Shown here in pieces: positions 41,331-54,532 of a stretch of DNA of 64,000 bases. This DNA is from Octopus vulgaris (taxonomy: Eukaryota). The stretch lies in contig OX597820.1 of NCBI GenBank assembly GCA_951406725.2, positions 82,584,001-82,648,000 on the forward strand, given 5' to 3'. Positions within the stretch are counted from its first letter, which is position 1. Each line of letters begins with the position of its first letter. The notes under the pieces were generated by a model that was not told the origin of the DNA, did no database searches, and was given only the letters and a program-made list of their open reading frames with translations. Both the position numbers and the translations under genes were made by a program.

Positions 41331-41384
41331 AATTTCTATATGCTTATAATCTGCAACACATAATTTGTGGTGATCCACATACAA

Positions 41385-41605
41385 AATACTGATTTCAAAT
41401 TTTGGCACAAGGCCAGCAAGTTAAGTGAAGTGGGTAAGTCGATTACATTGACTCCAGTGATCAACTGATACTTATTTTATTGACCTCTAAAGGATAAAAG
41501 CCAAAGTCGACCTCGACGGCATTTGAATTCAGAACTTAAAGACAGACGAAATGCCGCTGAGCACTTTTTCTGGCATGCTATCGATTCTGATAGTTCGCCA
41601 CCTTC
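41385..41605 (-). mobile_element. Meta-domain-like SINE
   Basis: aaagtcgacctcgacggcatttgaattcagaac...agacgaaatgccgctgagc. Confidence 0.8.
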
Positions 41606-41629
41606 CATATACAAAATCTTTATTTCTTT

Positions 41630-41859
41630 TTACATTATTTACATTGGACGGATATTTGTCCCCATCTTGTTTGTTGCTAACACAACGTTTCGGCTGATAT
41701 ACTCTCCAGCCTTCATCAGTAGTCTTGGGGGAAATTTCGAACATAGGTTCTCATTCCTAAGGTATTTCTCGATGATGTTATTATTATTAGTTGTAGTAGT
41801 AGTAGTAGTAGTAGTAGTAGCAGCAGCAGCAGCAGCAGTGGTAGTAGTATTAGTAGTAT

Positions 41860-41895
<36 letters not shown>

Positions 41896-42036
41896 CGGTA
41901 GCAGTAGCAGTATTCAGGTCACTGTCTGGAATCGAACTCGGAATTTTGGGGTTAGTAGCCCGCGCTCTTAACCACTACGCCATGTGTAAATAATGTAAAT
42001 AACGTACATAATTCCTCATCTCTTAAATATAGAACT
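41630..42036 (-). mobile_element. Solo tRNA-head/microsatellite/hammerhead Penelope pLTR with inverted tail piece
   Basis: Minus strand TGGCGTAGTGGTTAAGAGCGCGGGCTACTAACCCC...GAGTTCGATTCC, (TAC/TGC)n, then CTGATGAAGGCTG...CAGCCGAAACGTTGTGTT. An inverted tail copy gtaaataatgt starts at 41986. Confidence 0.85.
41679..41724 (-). ncRNA. Minimal type I hammerhead ribozyme
   Basis: CTGATGA-A-GGCTG gagagtatat CAGCC-GAAA-CGTT-GTGTT; the 5' stem I arm is mutated (GACTA). Confidence 0.75.
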
Positions 42037-42649
42037 GCTCTTTATTATGGCTGGATGCTCTTCCTAACACCAACGATTCTGTAGAGTAGACTGAGTGCTT
42101 TCTACGTGGCACTCGCACATGCGAGGTCAGTTTTGGTGTGGATTTTACAGCTGGATGCCTTTCCAAATGCCAACTCCTTTACAGTGTGGACTGGGTGCTT
42201 TTTAAGTGGCACCTGCATTGGTGGGGGTCACCAAGTGACTTTGCAAGACAAAGACTCTGAGAGGGAAGGGGCATTGGAGGAGGTGCTCTTGTGCAAGATG
42301 ATAACAGATTAGAGTGTGACAGAGAAGCAGAAACAGATCTTGCTGTAGAGGAGATCTATGGTTAACAAGCCAGTGAGAAGAGAAAGAGAGAGAGAGTGAG
42401 AGGAAGATAAAGAGCGAGAGTTAACAAGAATGAGGGGAGAAACAGTTAACTAGAGGGAGAGAGAGTGAGAGAAAGAGAGAGAGAGAGGGGAAGTTGACAA
42501 GAAGTATGCTGCTGTAAAGAAGATTCATGGTTACCTAGCCAGAGTTAAGAGCAAGGGAAGGAGGGAGAGAGAGTGATCAAGAATGAGAGCAGAAACAGGT
42601 TTGTTGCTGTAGAGGAGATATATGATTACTCAGCCAAAGGGGAAAACAA

Positions 42650-42688
<39 letters not shown>

Positions 42689-43139
42689 GAGAGAGAGAGA
42701 GGTTAGAGAGAGAGATTAGAAGAGCAAGAGAGGGATGGCGATAAGTGCTAGGGTATACCTGCAAGGAACGGGAATCAAGGCATAGATGGGATGGTAGAGT
42801 AAGGAAGAGAGAGATGACTTGTGACAGGTGCTAGCAGGGTATCGCTAAGGAGATGTGGTCGGGATTGGCGGAATACAGTGAGTGGAGAGAATCTGGGGAT
42901 ATAGAAGGGGAGGGGGGACGAGGGGAAGCGGCGATGCAGTGAGTAAGGTAGTGAGGGCTGGGTTGGGGAGTAAGGATGGGGAATACTGTGACTTGTGAGA
43001 ATCTGGATATGTTGTGGGGAGGGGGACGAGGGATGCAGAGTAGCAAGGACTAGATTGTGGAGTGGGAGATGACTATGGAAAAGCTAAATAGGAATAAGGG
43101 TAGAAGGGTTGAAGGGTTGAAGGGTTGAAGAGTTCAATA

Positions 43140-43345
43140 TTTCAGACATTATAAGGACATCGTCATTCAACCATCGATTTCAAAATTTTATCCATAATAT
43201 CCTCAAAAATCAATGATGGCCACCTTCAAAGCACTTGAGGTGTCGAATCAGACTATCAGAACTGTAGTGAATGAGGACATTCGATACAAGTCGTATGTAG
43301 AAAGGAGCGGCCAATTCATGTCTGCATTGACACAAGAGAACAGTT
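43140..43345 (+). mobile_element. Tc1/mariner (maT-like) fragment, related to 57690-58270
   Basis: TVVNEDIRYKSYVERSGQFMS versus NVVHENIRYKSYMMRKGQF. Confidence 0.6.
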
Positions 43346-43349
43346 TTAG

Positions 43350-44201
43350 ATAGCATCCCTGGGCGTATTAATAACACGCACCAAGTATGGATTCAGGACA
43401 TCCGTATACCGCAAGCCGACCTTCACTGGACGATACCTCAACTTCAGTTCCCACCATTCATATAGCGTAAAGAGAGGGATTGCTCAGTGCCTAAAACATC
43501 GAGCAAAGAATATAAGTAGCGATCGTGATACACACCACGAAGAAATGATCAAGCTCAATAACAATCTATTAAGTAACAACTACCCCAAAAACATACTATC
43601 TACTCCAATTATGAAGAAAAGAGAGGATGAAACCAATAAAATATCCACAGTCTGTGAAATGTCTCTCCGAAAAGATACAAAAGATATGCGGCCCATATGA
43701 CATCAGGACAGTATTCAAGAGTAATGCAACACTTCGCAAATATCTCCTTCGAATAAAACCACTAATAGAAAAGAATATGACCAAAGACTGCGTATACTCC
43801 ATCCCACCAGCTGTGGTAGGTTATACAAAGGCGAAACATGCAGCCTCCTCTAAATAAGGGTAGAGGAACATCGCAAAGCTGTGACGCGAAGAGATATCGA
43901 TAAATCGGGTATAGCTGATCATGTATGGAAAAATGGCGATCACCCCCCCCCTGTGGGATGAAGTTAAAATAATATACAGAGAACACTGGAAAATACTAAA
44001 ACTAAAAGCAACAGATTTGCTAGGACACAATAACCTCCTAAGCAGACCGAGAGCAAATATGAATAGCATATGGGAACCGGTATTAAGGAAGGATACGAAA
44101 ATATTAGATTTATAAGCCCTAAAATTCACTCCATATGGCGTAGTCGTTGACAGTGCGGGCTATTAACCCCAAGATTCCGAGTTCGATTCCAGGCAGTGAG
44201 G

Positions 44202-44236
<35 letters not shown>

Positions 44237-44357
44237 TTAAGAATGAGAACCCAGGTTCGAAATTTCCCCAAGACACCTGATGAAGGCTGGAGGGTATATC
44301 AGCCGAAACGTTGGGTTAACAACTAACAAGATGAGAAATATCCGTCAAATGTAAATA
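43350..44357 (+). mobile_element. 5'-truncated Penelope/Poseidon-type element: RT thumb, GIY-YIG endonuclease, 3' pLTR
   Basis: TSVYRKPTFTGRYLNFSSHHS..VKRGIAQCLKHRA; DCVYSIP/SCGRLYKGETC...IRVEEH...KSGIADHVW...WDEVKII; stop at 44113-44115 followed by the pLTR. Confidence 0.9.
44272..44317 (+). ncRNA. Minimal type I hammerhead ribozyme, sense to the host pre-mRNA
   Basis: GACAC-CTGATGA-A-GGCTG gagggtatat CAGCC-GAAA-CGTT-GGGTT. Intact core and 5 bp stem II; one stem I mismatch. Confidence 0.8.
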
Positions 44358-44927
44358 TTGTTTTATGAAATTACGAAATATATCGCGAAATAACTCTCGT
44401 ACTTTGTACACACATGCACCCCCCCACATACACACACGATATACACGCATGTATTGATATAGTTTTTACTATATCATAGACATAGTTTAATGATTTTAAA
44501 GAGTCACTGAAAATACCAAGTTTTATTCCGTTTTTCTTTTTGCAGTGCTCAATTTAATTGTGTTTGTAACTTCCATGTAGTTAATATTGGCTGGAAAACA
44601 TCCGATTCTTTTCAGTTAATGTACGACATTTTGATTTGTTGGTATGGCTGAATCTGAATAAAATTTTCCGAACGTATATGCTAATATGTTGTTATAGTCA
44701 TTATAAAAGACCAATTAACTTGAAAATATTTGTCAAGACTTCAAATTTTCCGATGTAAACGTTCACTCACACGCCTGTGCCCGCGAAGACATGCACGAGC
44801 ATTCATACGTGTTTCTTGCTGTGTGCTTGTGTGGCTTCCTGCTATATGCAACACAGACAGACAGACAGACACACACACACACAACACGCACGCACACACA
44901 AACATACACACATCATATTCACACTCA

Positions 44928-45042
<115 letters not shown>

Positions 45043-45849
45043 ACATACATACATACATACATACATACATACATACACACACACATACACACACACATAT
45101 AATACAATGATGTAAATCATAGTTTATTCTCTTCAGATTTTGCAACTTAGAAGTCAGTGAAATTACTATGATAGACAGGTGACACCTAAATATGTATTTA
45201 GCAGAAGAAAAATAAATCGTGAAATTTTCTTTATAAGAGACACTTATAGTGCATTAAGTAGGAGTGATTTTCTTGGCTAAATGATAATCTAGCAACAGGA
45301 ACTTTTCTTTTATGTTTTGCTTTTTATAAAACATCAATTTTGATTTCCACCAAATATACACGATACTGGTAAATCACGTTATTGCATAGACTCTCGAGAC
45401 AGCTGAAAAAAACAAAACAAAAGAAAATACACACAAGCGTATACTTCTATAATGCTAAAAATGTGCAGAAATGACTCATACAAAATCAAACGTTTCATAA
45501 TTTTATAAATAAGAGACGTGCTGATAATTCCAGAAATATTTGAAAGAAGTTTTACTGTTATCTAAGCAAACAATTCATAAGTACGAATTAGTGTCATTGC
45601 TTAATGTAGTTAATATCGTGAGACTACTAAATATATTGCACGGAAAAATAATTTAATTAATGAATTAAAATGTTAGACACTAAATTTTTGCATTGAGTGC
45701 TAAATTGAGTACAATTATTGTTTTTTTTTGTATATGTGTACGATTACCTGTTGCGTACGTGCGTGGGTCGGTTGACAAGTGTCTCTCTACTTATTCAGTA
45801 GCTTCATTTATCGCCCATTCATGTATATTCTAAGTCGTCTTCCCTATTG

Positions 45850-46080
45850 CAGTAAATATGTTTTATTTGTTTGAACCATTTGACTGAGGCCCTGCTGGGG
45901 CACTGCCTTAAATGGTTTAGTCTAACAAATTAACCCCAGTGCTTACTCTTTTATTAGCATGGTACTTATTCTATTCTATTGGTCTTTTTTGCCAAAATGC
46001 TAACTTACAGAGATGTAAACAAACCAACGCCCATAGTCACTAGATGGATGTTAGCGTGTGGAAAACACGAAGACACACAC
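45850..46080 (-). mobile_element. SINE family 2, 3' part, diverged
   Basis: tttgactgaggccctgctggggcactgcc...accccagtgcttac...ggtacttattctat. Confidence 0.6.
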
Positions 46081-46108
46081 ACTAAAGATATACACATATA
46101 CATAATAC

Positions 46109-46162
<54 letters not shown>

Positions 46163-46204
46163 ATATACGTATATATATGTATATATATATATATATGTAT
46201 AATA

Positions 46205-47600
46205 ATATTAGGGAATAAATCCAAACTTACAGGGAAAATTGAGATTTAGGATTAAATCCAATTTTATAGTATAAATATATTATATTATATTATATTACAT
46301 TAGAGATAAAACCACTATTAGGCAAATCAAACAGTGAAAAACATAAGCCAATACATAAAATTAATATAAAATATAAAAGTTAAAAATAAAAAATTATTTA
46401 AATAGTTTAAACTAAAAAAATTTATATATATATACAAATATATATATGTATGTATATTTTTATATTTATATATTATTTAATTAATTAATTAGTTAATTAA
46501 TTAATTAATTAATTTATTTATTTTATTTATTTATTATTATTTTATTAATTTTTTTTATATCAAATGTATTAACAGTTTAATAAAAGATAAAGAGTAAAAC
46601 ACTACGATCGTTTCATGGATGTACCAATTCGAATAACAATAATTTAAATTCAATTAATAATTCGAGTTATGGTTACAGTCAATCTTCAGGTTAATTGAAA
46701 TATTTTTAAAATAATCAGAAATATTTAAACAATATTTTTAAGATATAAATGATATAATAATTTTACTTATAATAAACTCTATTATCAAACTAGAAACTTA
46801 AAACTTAACAATTATGATTATATCAAAATCAATTACAATGTTAAATATTAATTTCAATTTATAAGGTAGGAAACCCACCAATAATTTAATATCGGTAATA
46901 GTCTATATCTAATTACATAAATATTTAGAAAAAAACAAACTATATAAATTATCAATGAACATATATAAATGTATATAAATATTATAATTAAGATATCAAA
47001 TAATCTCTATAAATAAATATATATGCACATATAATAAAAACCTAATAAATTAATTTTTCATATTTAAAGATGAAATAGCTAATTTCAAAAATACAAACAA
47101 ACAAACTTAAACGAACTTTCGGAAATCTTATGTAAAATACTTATAGAAATAATCAATTTGTAGTTATATAGTATCGAATAAATACTATAAATACTATAAA
47201 TATAATTATCAATGGGAATAACTAGCGAATATCAATTTTAAAAGACAATAACTAAGTTATGCTATTAAGTTAGACATGGCCTGGACCAATCTTTAGTCGA
47301 AACATATCTAAGTTTATCAAAGTTTATCTAATTTTAATTATAAGAAATTTAAAACTACAATTAATACTATTAATACATGTATATACAAAAGCCTAACTTT
47401 AGACACCTCGTATATTTGCTATAAAACATAAATCTATCACTAAGTAGTATCTTACGAATAAACTTAAATTTAATATCTAATAATATAGAAAATTACGATA
47501 ATTAGATCATTACATAAACAACAATATTTACATAAGGAAAATATTATTACACCAAAGACTTATAAAATAGTGGTTTTATCTCTAATTTAATATAATATAT
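46205..47600. mobile_element. Extremely AT-rich Penelope-associated repeat with inverted ends and internal hammerhead
   Basis: ttagagataaaaccactatt (46300-46319) is inverted at ~47566-47585; contains the hammerhead at 46.6 kb and the 18.25 kb motif at 47.26 kb. Confidence 0.55.
46598..46693 (-). ncRNA. Hammerhead ribozyme-like motif with long stem II
   Basis: Minus strand CTGAAGA-ttgactgtaacca...tggtacatccat-GAAACGATCGTA-gtgtt, with palindromic stem III ACGATCGT. Confidence 0.6.
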
Positions 47601-47627
47601 ATATGTATATATAAATATAAATATAAA

Positions 47628-47712
<85 letters not shown>

Positions 47713-48233
47713 CCACTGTCTACCAACTCTACTCGCAAGGTATTGGTCGGCACAGGGCTATAGTAGAAAACACATTAGCTTAGGGTCCCACACAGTGAGA
47801 CCGTACTCGAAATCATGTGGTTGGGGAGCAAACACACGACTGCGCGGTAGTTTCCAAAATCTTAGCTAATTTCACTCACCATTAAAGCAGGATCCACTTA
47901 GGTCAAGGGAATGTGCGTTATTTCACCATGAAGATATCTACTGTGTGGGTAATTGCTCTTTCGTGCAAGTGTTGAGAATGTACGAAGTCGCAGAAAATTC
48001 AAGTCTGTGTCTCGAGTAATTCAATTGTATTGGTCTTTCTACTTGTATTGAGGACTTTCCATTCATTACCATTAATATGGTAATGAATACCATTAATATG
48101 GTAATGAATGGAAAACACATGCATGCACACATTTACACACACACACACACACACACATACACACACACACACATACGCATGCATATACACTGACAAACAC
48201 ATATAAATATATGTAGTCCTTTTATTATTGTAG

Positions 48234-48388
48234 GAATGGAAGTGTTGTTATCAACTTTAGTGTGACATTCTCCAAAACTGCCGTTAACGAAAGTGAAGTC
48301 GTATTCCTCCTCAAAGGGTTCAACACGAGAGACACTTTTCGTTTCTCCAAGGTTCAAGTCTACCTTACACCAGCTCAACTACAGTCTC
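48234..48388 (+). CDS. Exon E, SEA domain C-terminal part with GSVV motif
   Basis: Acceptor ccttttattattgtAG, donor GTGAGT at 48389. Reads NGSVVINFSVTFSKTAVNESEVVFLLKGFNTRDTFRFSKVQVYLTPAQLQS; GSVV matches the SEA autoproteolysis motif. Phase 2 to 1. Confidence 0.85.
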
Positions 48389-49270
48389 GTGAGTGTATAT
48401 ATTTTTTATTACTTATAACACCCATAAATTTAAAAAAAAGCATAAATCACGTAAGTTTTCTTTTCGTTTGCTAGAAGCTAATTATTTTCATATTATGGCC
48501 TATTATCCTTATGAGACTTAATTGTAGCAAAACGCTAATGCGTATATTACTGAGACTATTATAGTCATATTTCTACTTCTACAAATTGTGTTGTTAATGA
48601 GATTAATGATACTACTACAGTGATACTTTAAAAATGCTATACCTGAGGTAAATATTCCCGTAAAGTGTGACACTAAACAATATCGCCTGTGGTTAAAAGC
48701 GAGTGTGGAACTACATTATATCATCTGAAAATGACATTATCTGTCGCACTATACCATCATCAAGAATCGATAGTAACACGAACGCTAGACTAGATGATCT
48801 GGAGATATCATTTGAGATCTGAGTTGATACAAAAAGAGGAGATAACAAAGGTGTCATCAAACATATTTCTTCTCCCTCGTCTTGTTGTTATTGTTGTTGT
48901 TGTTCTTCATCTTTTCTTCTTCTTTTTCTTCTTCTTCTTCTTCTTCTTCTTCTTCTTCTTCTTTTTCTTTTTCTTCTTCTTCTCCTCCTCCTCCACCTAC
49001 TTCTTCTTCTTCATCTTCTCCTCCATCTCCTTTATAATGACAATAATGGTTTCTCATTTAGGCACAAAACCATTAATTTTGATAGTAGGAGGTGAGTCGA
49101 TATCCACTCCAACACTTAACTGGTAGTTTATCTTATGTACCCGAAAGAATGAAAGGCAGAGTCGACCGCGGGGAGATACCTGCAAGGAAGGTTCTTGGCA
49201 TTTAAGTTTACTTGTCGTAGCTTGATGACAGGAATTTTTTCCAACAGTCTAATATGTTGTGTATATGTGA

Positions 49271-49318
<48 letters not shown>

Positions 49319-49319
<1 letters not shown>

Positions 49320-49650
49320 TCTCTAAAAGAAATGGAGAAACTCTCAAAATACAAAGACCTGGAAATAGAGGTAACTAGAATGTGGAACCTGAAAACAGAA
49401 ACAATTCCTATCATAGTAGGTGCATTAGGCATGATAAAAAAATATTCAGACAAATACATAACAAAAACACCAGGACTTACAAACACATATAACATACAGA
49501 AAATTGCACTACTAGGCACTGCACACATCCTACGCAGAACACTTTCCATACAATAACCATCAGAGCATCACAACAAATCACAGCACATACCCAAGGCACA
49601 CAGAGCTGCGCTCGGTAGTGAAGTGAAAGCACGCTATAAAAATAAAACTA

Positions 49651-49655
<5 letters not shown>
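49319..49655 (+). mobile_element. R4/Dong 3' end inserted in (TAA)n
   Basis: Open SLKEMEKLSKYKDLEIEVTRMWNLKTETIPIIVGALG...IQKIALLGTAHILRRTL plus 3' UTR, with (TAA)n on both sides. Confidence 0.9.
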
Positions 49656-49748
<93 letters not shown>

Positions 49749-49749
49749 G

Positions 49750-50475
49750 CACCTGTAGAGTACAAATCAAGACATTACAGAGTTGGCCAATATCTACATT
49801 GGATATTGTGTCGGCATTATAACATCAAAAGTGCTGACAAATAGTACAAGCACTACTCTGAGGCTGTAACTGAGGGAGAAAATGTAACTATTCTTTGGGA
49901 CCTCCAGTATGTACAAACCGGACCATGAAGGCAAATAAATCAGATATTGTTGTGAAAGTCTAAAGCAATAAAGTCTATTTATTGATTGACATGAGCATAC
50001 TCTGTCACCATAATATCTCGGCAAAAGAATTTGATAAGCTCAGAAAATATAAATATTTGCTAATCGAAATCGATTAGCATCTCAAGACAGTTATAAGGGG
50101 CACTTGGAATGATCGAAAACGGAACTGAAAATTATTTGAGAGTGATCCCTGGCTTACCATCCATGCAGGAATTGCAAAAGATTGTCTTAACTAGTACGTC
50201 ACACGTATTGAGAAAGGCATTGTTGCTGGGACGTTTCCTTCCTTTTACCCCACTTTATTTTATTTGTTTACTTTTCTATTTTTTATTTTTCTTTTTTCTC
50301 TCTGTCCTCTCTTTTCTCTATCACATGACTCTGTAAATGAACAATCTAGTGTGTTTGCTTAAATGGCCTACCAATGTATACAGTACGTTTCTCTGGCCTA
50401 GGCGTCAGGAAGACACTCGGCAAGAAATGGAAACAGAATTGAAAGAAGATGCTAATGAAAATAATGATAATAATA
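49750..50475 (+). mobile_element. Second, older R4/Dong 3' fragment
   Basis: RVGQYLHWILC...VTILWD...LIDMS...KEFDKLRKYK...GALGMIE...ELQKIVLTSTSHVLRKAL; ends in a TAA-like tail. Confidence 0.8.
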
Positions 50476-50477
50476 AG

Positions 50478-51494
50478 AACAAGAGCACTCAGAGATCGCA
50501 AACCTATGCCAAGGCAACACCGACGTCCTCACAACGATCAGCCGGAGATAATTTTAAAAATGAGAATAACTCCACAGCTCTCACAAACGAGAATGCTAAA
50601 AATGAACCCGACCGCTCTAAAAAATTAAGTAAGAATACCGGTACCTGGTCGATCCCAGTGGTAGACAAGAAATGTGAATGTGGGTGTGCGGGCCGTGTTT
50701 GTAATGCTGCATGTGTGTCGTCTGCAGTGGGAACAGGGACAGTTTTCTCTATGAAGGCCTTTTTTAGTCTATCCACAGAAACAGTGTCTTTACGACCATT
50801 AAGGTATATGGTGAAAAATTCATTCGTGCGTGTAAGAAAACGGAAAGGACTTGCATATGGTGTTGCTAACGGAGGCTTAACTACATCGTTGCGCAAACAG
50901 GAGCGATCTATTCAAAATTGGTAAAACTAATTGGCGAGGATAAATTACATTTATAATTGTTACTGAATACGTTAGTATTATTTAATTTCTGAACGGGTTT
51001 CCTGCCGTTTGTTTATGTAGTTTGATTTCTTTATCCGTCAGTTTCTACTAAGATAGAGACGCGAGTAAGATTCATAATAGAGAAACGAAAATAAAACTTT
51101 AGAAACAGTAACGCCGACCTAACTTACACACAGCATTATAAACACGGCCCGCACACCCACATTCATATTCCATGACTACTATTGGGATCGACCAGGTACC
51201 GAACAAGGATTCTGGATTATTTTTCAAGGGAGATAATCAGAGAAAGACTTGAAGGTGAACGTAAGATCGTAATACTTCATTTAAAGTAAATATAACAAAT
51301 AATCCAGAATCCTTGTCCGGTATCGGATCGATCCCAAAATCTAAACAATTCGTGCCATTCACGAGGCCAAACATCCCTGAAAGTTTCATCCGAATCCATC
51401 CGGTGGTCCTTGAGATAACTTGTCCACGGATAAACAAATAAGCAAACACGACTGAAAAACATTACCTCCGCCTTCGCTTAGGCGGAGGTAATAA
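50478..51494. mobile_element. Helentron/HINE-like non-autonomous element carrying an IR-flanked Gypsy integrase fragment
   Basis: Left end aacaagagcactcagagatcgcaaacctatgccaagg; right end hairpin attacctccgcc-ttcgctta-ggcggaggtaat. Internal IR at 50639-50715 / 51126-51201. Minus-strand RNDVVKPPLATPYASPF...NGRKDTVSVDRLK is Gypsy integrase GPY/F-like. Confidence 0.6.
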
Positions 51495-52333
51495 TCCTTT
51501 CTGCTGTAGGCACACGGTCTGAAATTCTAGGGGCGGGGGTTAGTCAATTGCATCAATACAAGAGCTCAACTGATCCTTAACTTATCGATAACCAAAGGGT
51601 GAATAACAAAGGACCTTAACTGAATCTAAGCTAAAATATGTGGCTACTGAATACCATGATAGTACGATTGTAAGAAAAACATTTAGCTGTCTAACTCTAC
51701 CGGGTTTAAATAGAAAAAGTAACTTTTTACCAATGGTTGACAGATGGTGACACAAACATGACACTTCAGATTTTTTTATAACGGTAGAAAGTCAATATCT
51801 TCTCACCAAAAATTACCAAAAATCATGCAATGAAAAAAGAAAACAAAGTACAATAATCTATAGAATATCTAGAAAGGAGAAGTACGAATTATCAACCTAG
51901 CTTTTGGTTGCCGAGATTTAGGCAAGCTACAACGCATTAAAACTCACACAGTTGAGACTTACAATAAAATGTGATGTCAATAGTAAAGTGGTTGTATAAA
52001 TATACACGAGAAGTCTCAGAAGCGACCACAATATCTGTGTCCCTCACACAAGCAAGGAAATCAAGTCAAATTGATCAGATATTGTGACCAGATATTGCAC
52101 AAACAGTAACGCCCGTTCATACATATAATTCATACATATAATTCAAGGAAATGGGAAAGAAAAATCCAAATATAAGAATCTAGAAAATCTAGATTATCCG
52201 AATGTTGATTATATTGAGAGATACGATGGGAATTATAAAAAAAAAAAGAAAAGAAAAAGATGGCAAATGCGTTGAAGAAATGAGATTGATAACGACAAAT
52301 TGGAGGAGGAAAACTTCTATATATTATTTATGC

Positions 52334-52405
<72 letters not shown>

Positions 52406-52492
52406 TTATATATACACATTATACATATATCATCCATCCATCCATACATACATATAAACCATTTATACATCTTGTACAATTTCTCCATTATA

Positions 52493-52549
<57 letters not shown>

Positions 52550-53008
52550 ACATATACATGTAATGAAGCTAACATAATAAATAGTGTATGTAACAAGGTA
52601 CAAGCAAATATTTGAAGTTTTAGAAAAGGATAAATTATCGATATACTTCTTCAAAGAACATATCAAGTGTATATGCATATCGTTTGTAAATTGGCATGAA
52701 CGTTATATTTTCAAATGATAAAAAATATTCTAAAATTCTAAAATTCATAATTTTTATTTGAGATGCAAGCTGGAAGCAGAATGTGTAAGTAGGCTTGCAC
52801 ATTTAGACACAAAGATAAACATGAAAAATGTCTACACATATAGATTTATTTATGATATTTGCGTATTCATGTATGTAGATGTGTGTTGTATACACGGATA
52901 TGGACATCATGTTTATGTGTGCTGCTATATCTATGTATGAGTCTATTAGTTTATGCAGTATGCATTTGAGTTTCACTATATGACATATTGTTATAATACT
53001 GTTATACT

Positions 53009-54110
<1,102 letters not shown>

Positions 54111-54465
54111 AATGTCTGCGTTTACATTTTGTATATTGACTCACACACGCGCGCACACACACAAACACACACACTCATACACACCCATATATATACACAC
54201 ATGCACACCCACACATATAAATACATATATATATATGTGTATATATATGCATATATATATATGTATATGTGTGTGTTAATGTATATGTATGTAATTATGC
54301 ATCAATGTATGTATTTGTATCTTTATATTAACATTACATTTCTGAATGTATTGTCAATTTCAAACCAACATACATAAAGTAATTTTCGATAGTTACATAT
54401 ACCTTTATGCTGATAGCTCATCATGATATATGCACATTTAGTTACGCATACAGTCATACTTGTTT

Positions 54466-54532
<67 letters not shown>

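Noticed and set aside
44135-44196. Possible tRNA gene (Asn/Ser-like)
   Set aside because: No convincing acceptor stem or terminator; it is the head of a repeat module.
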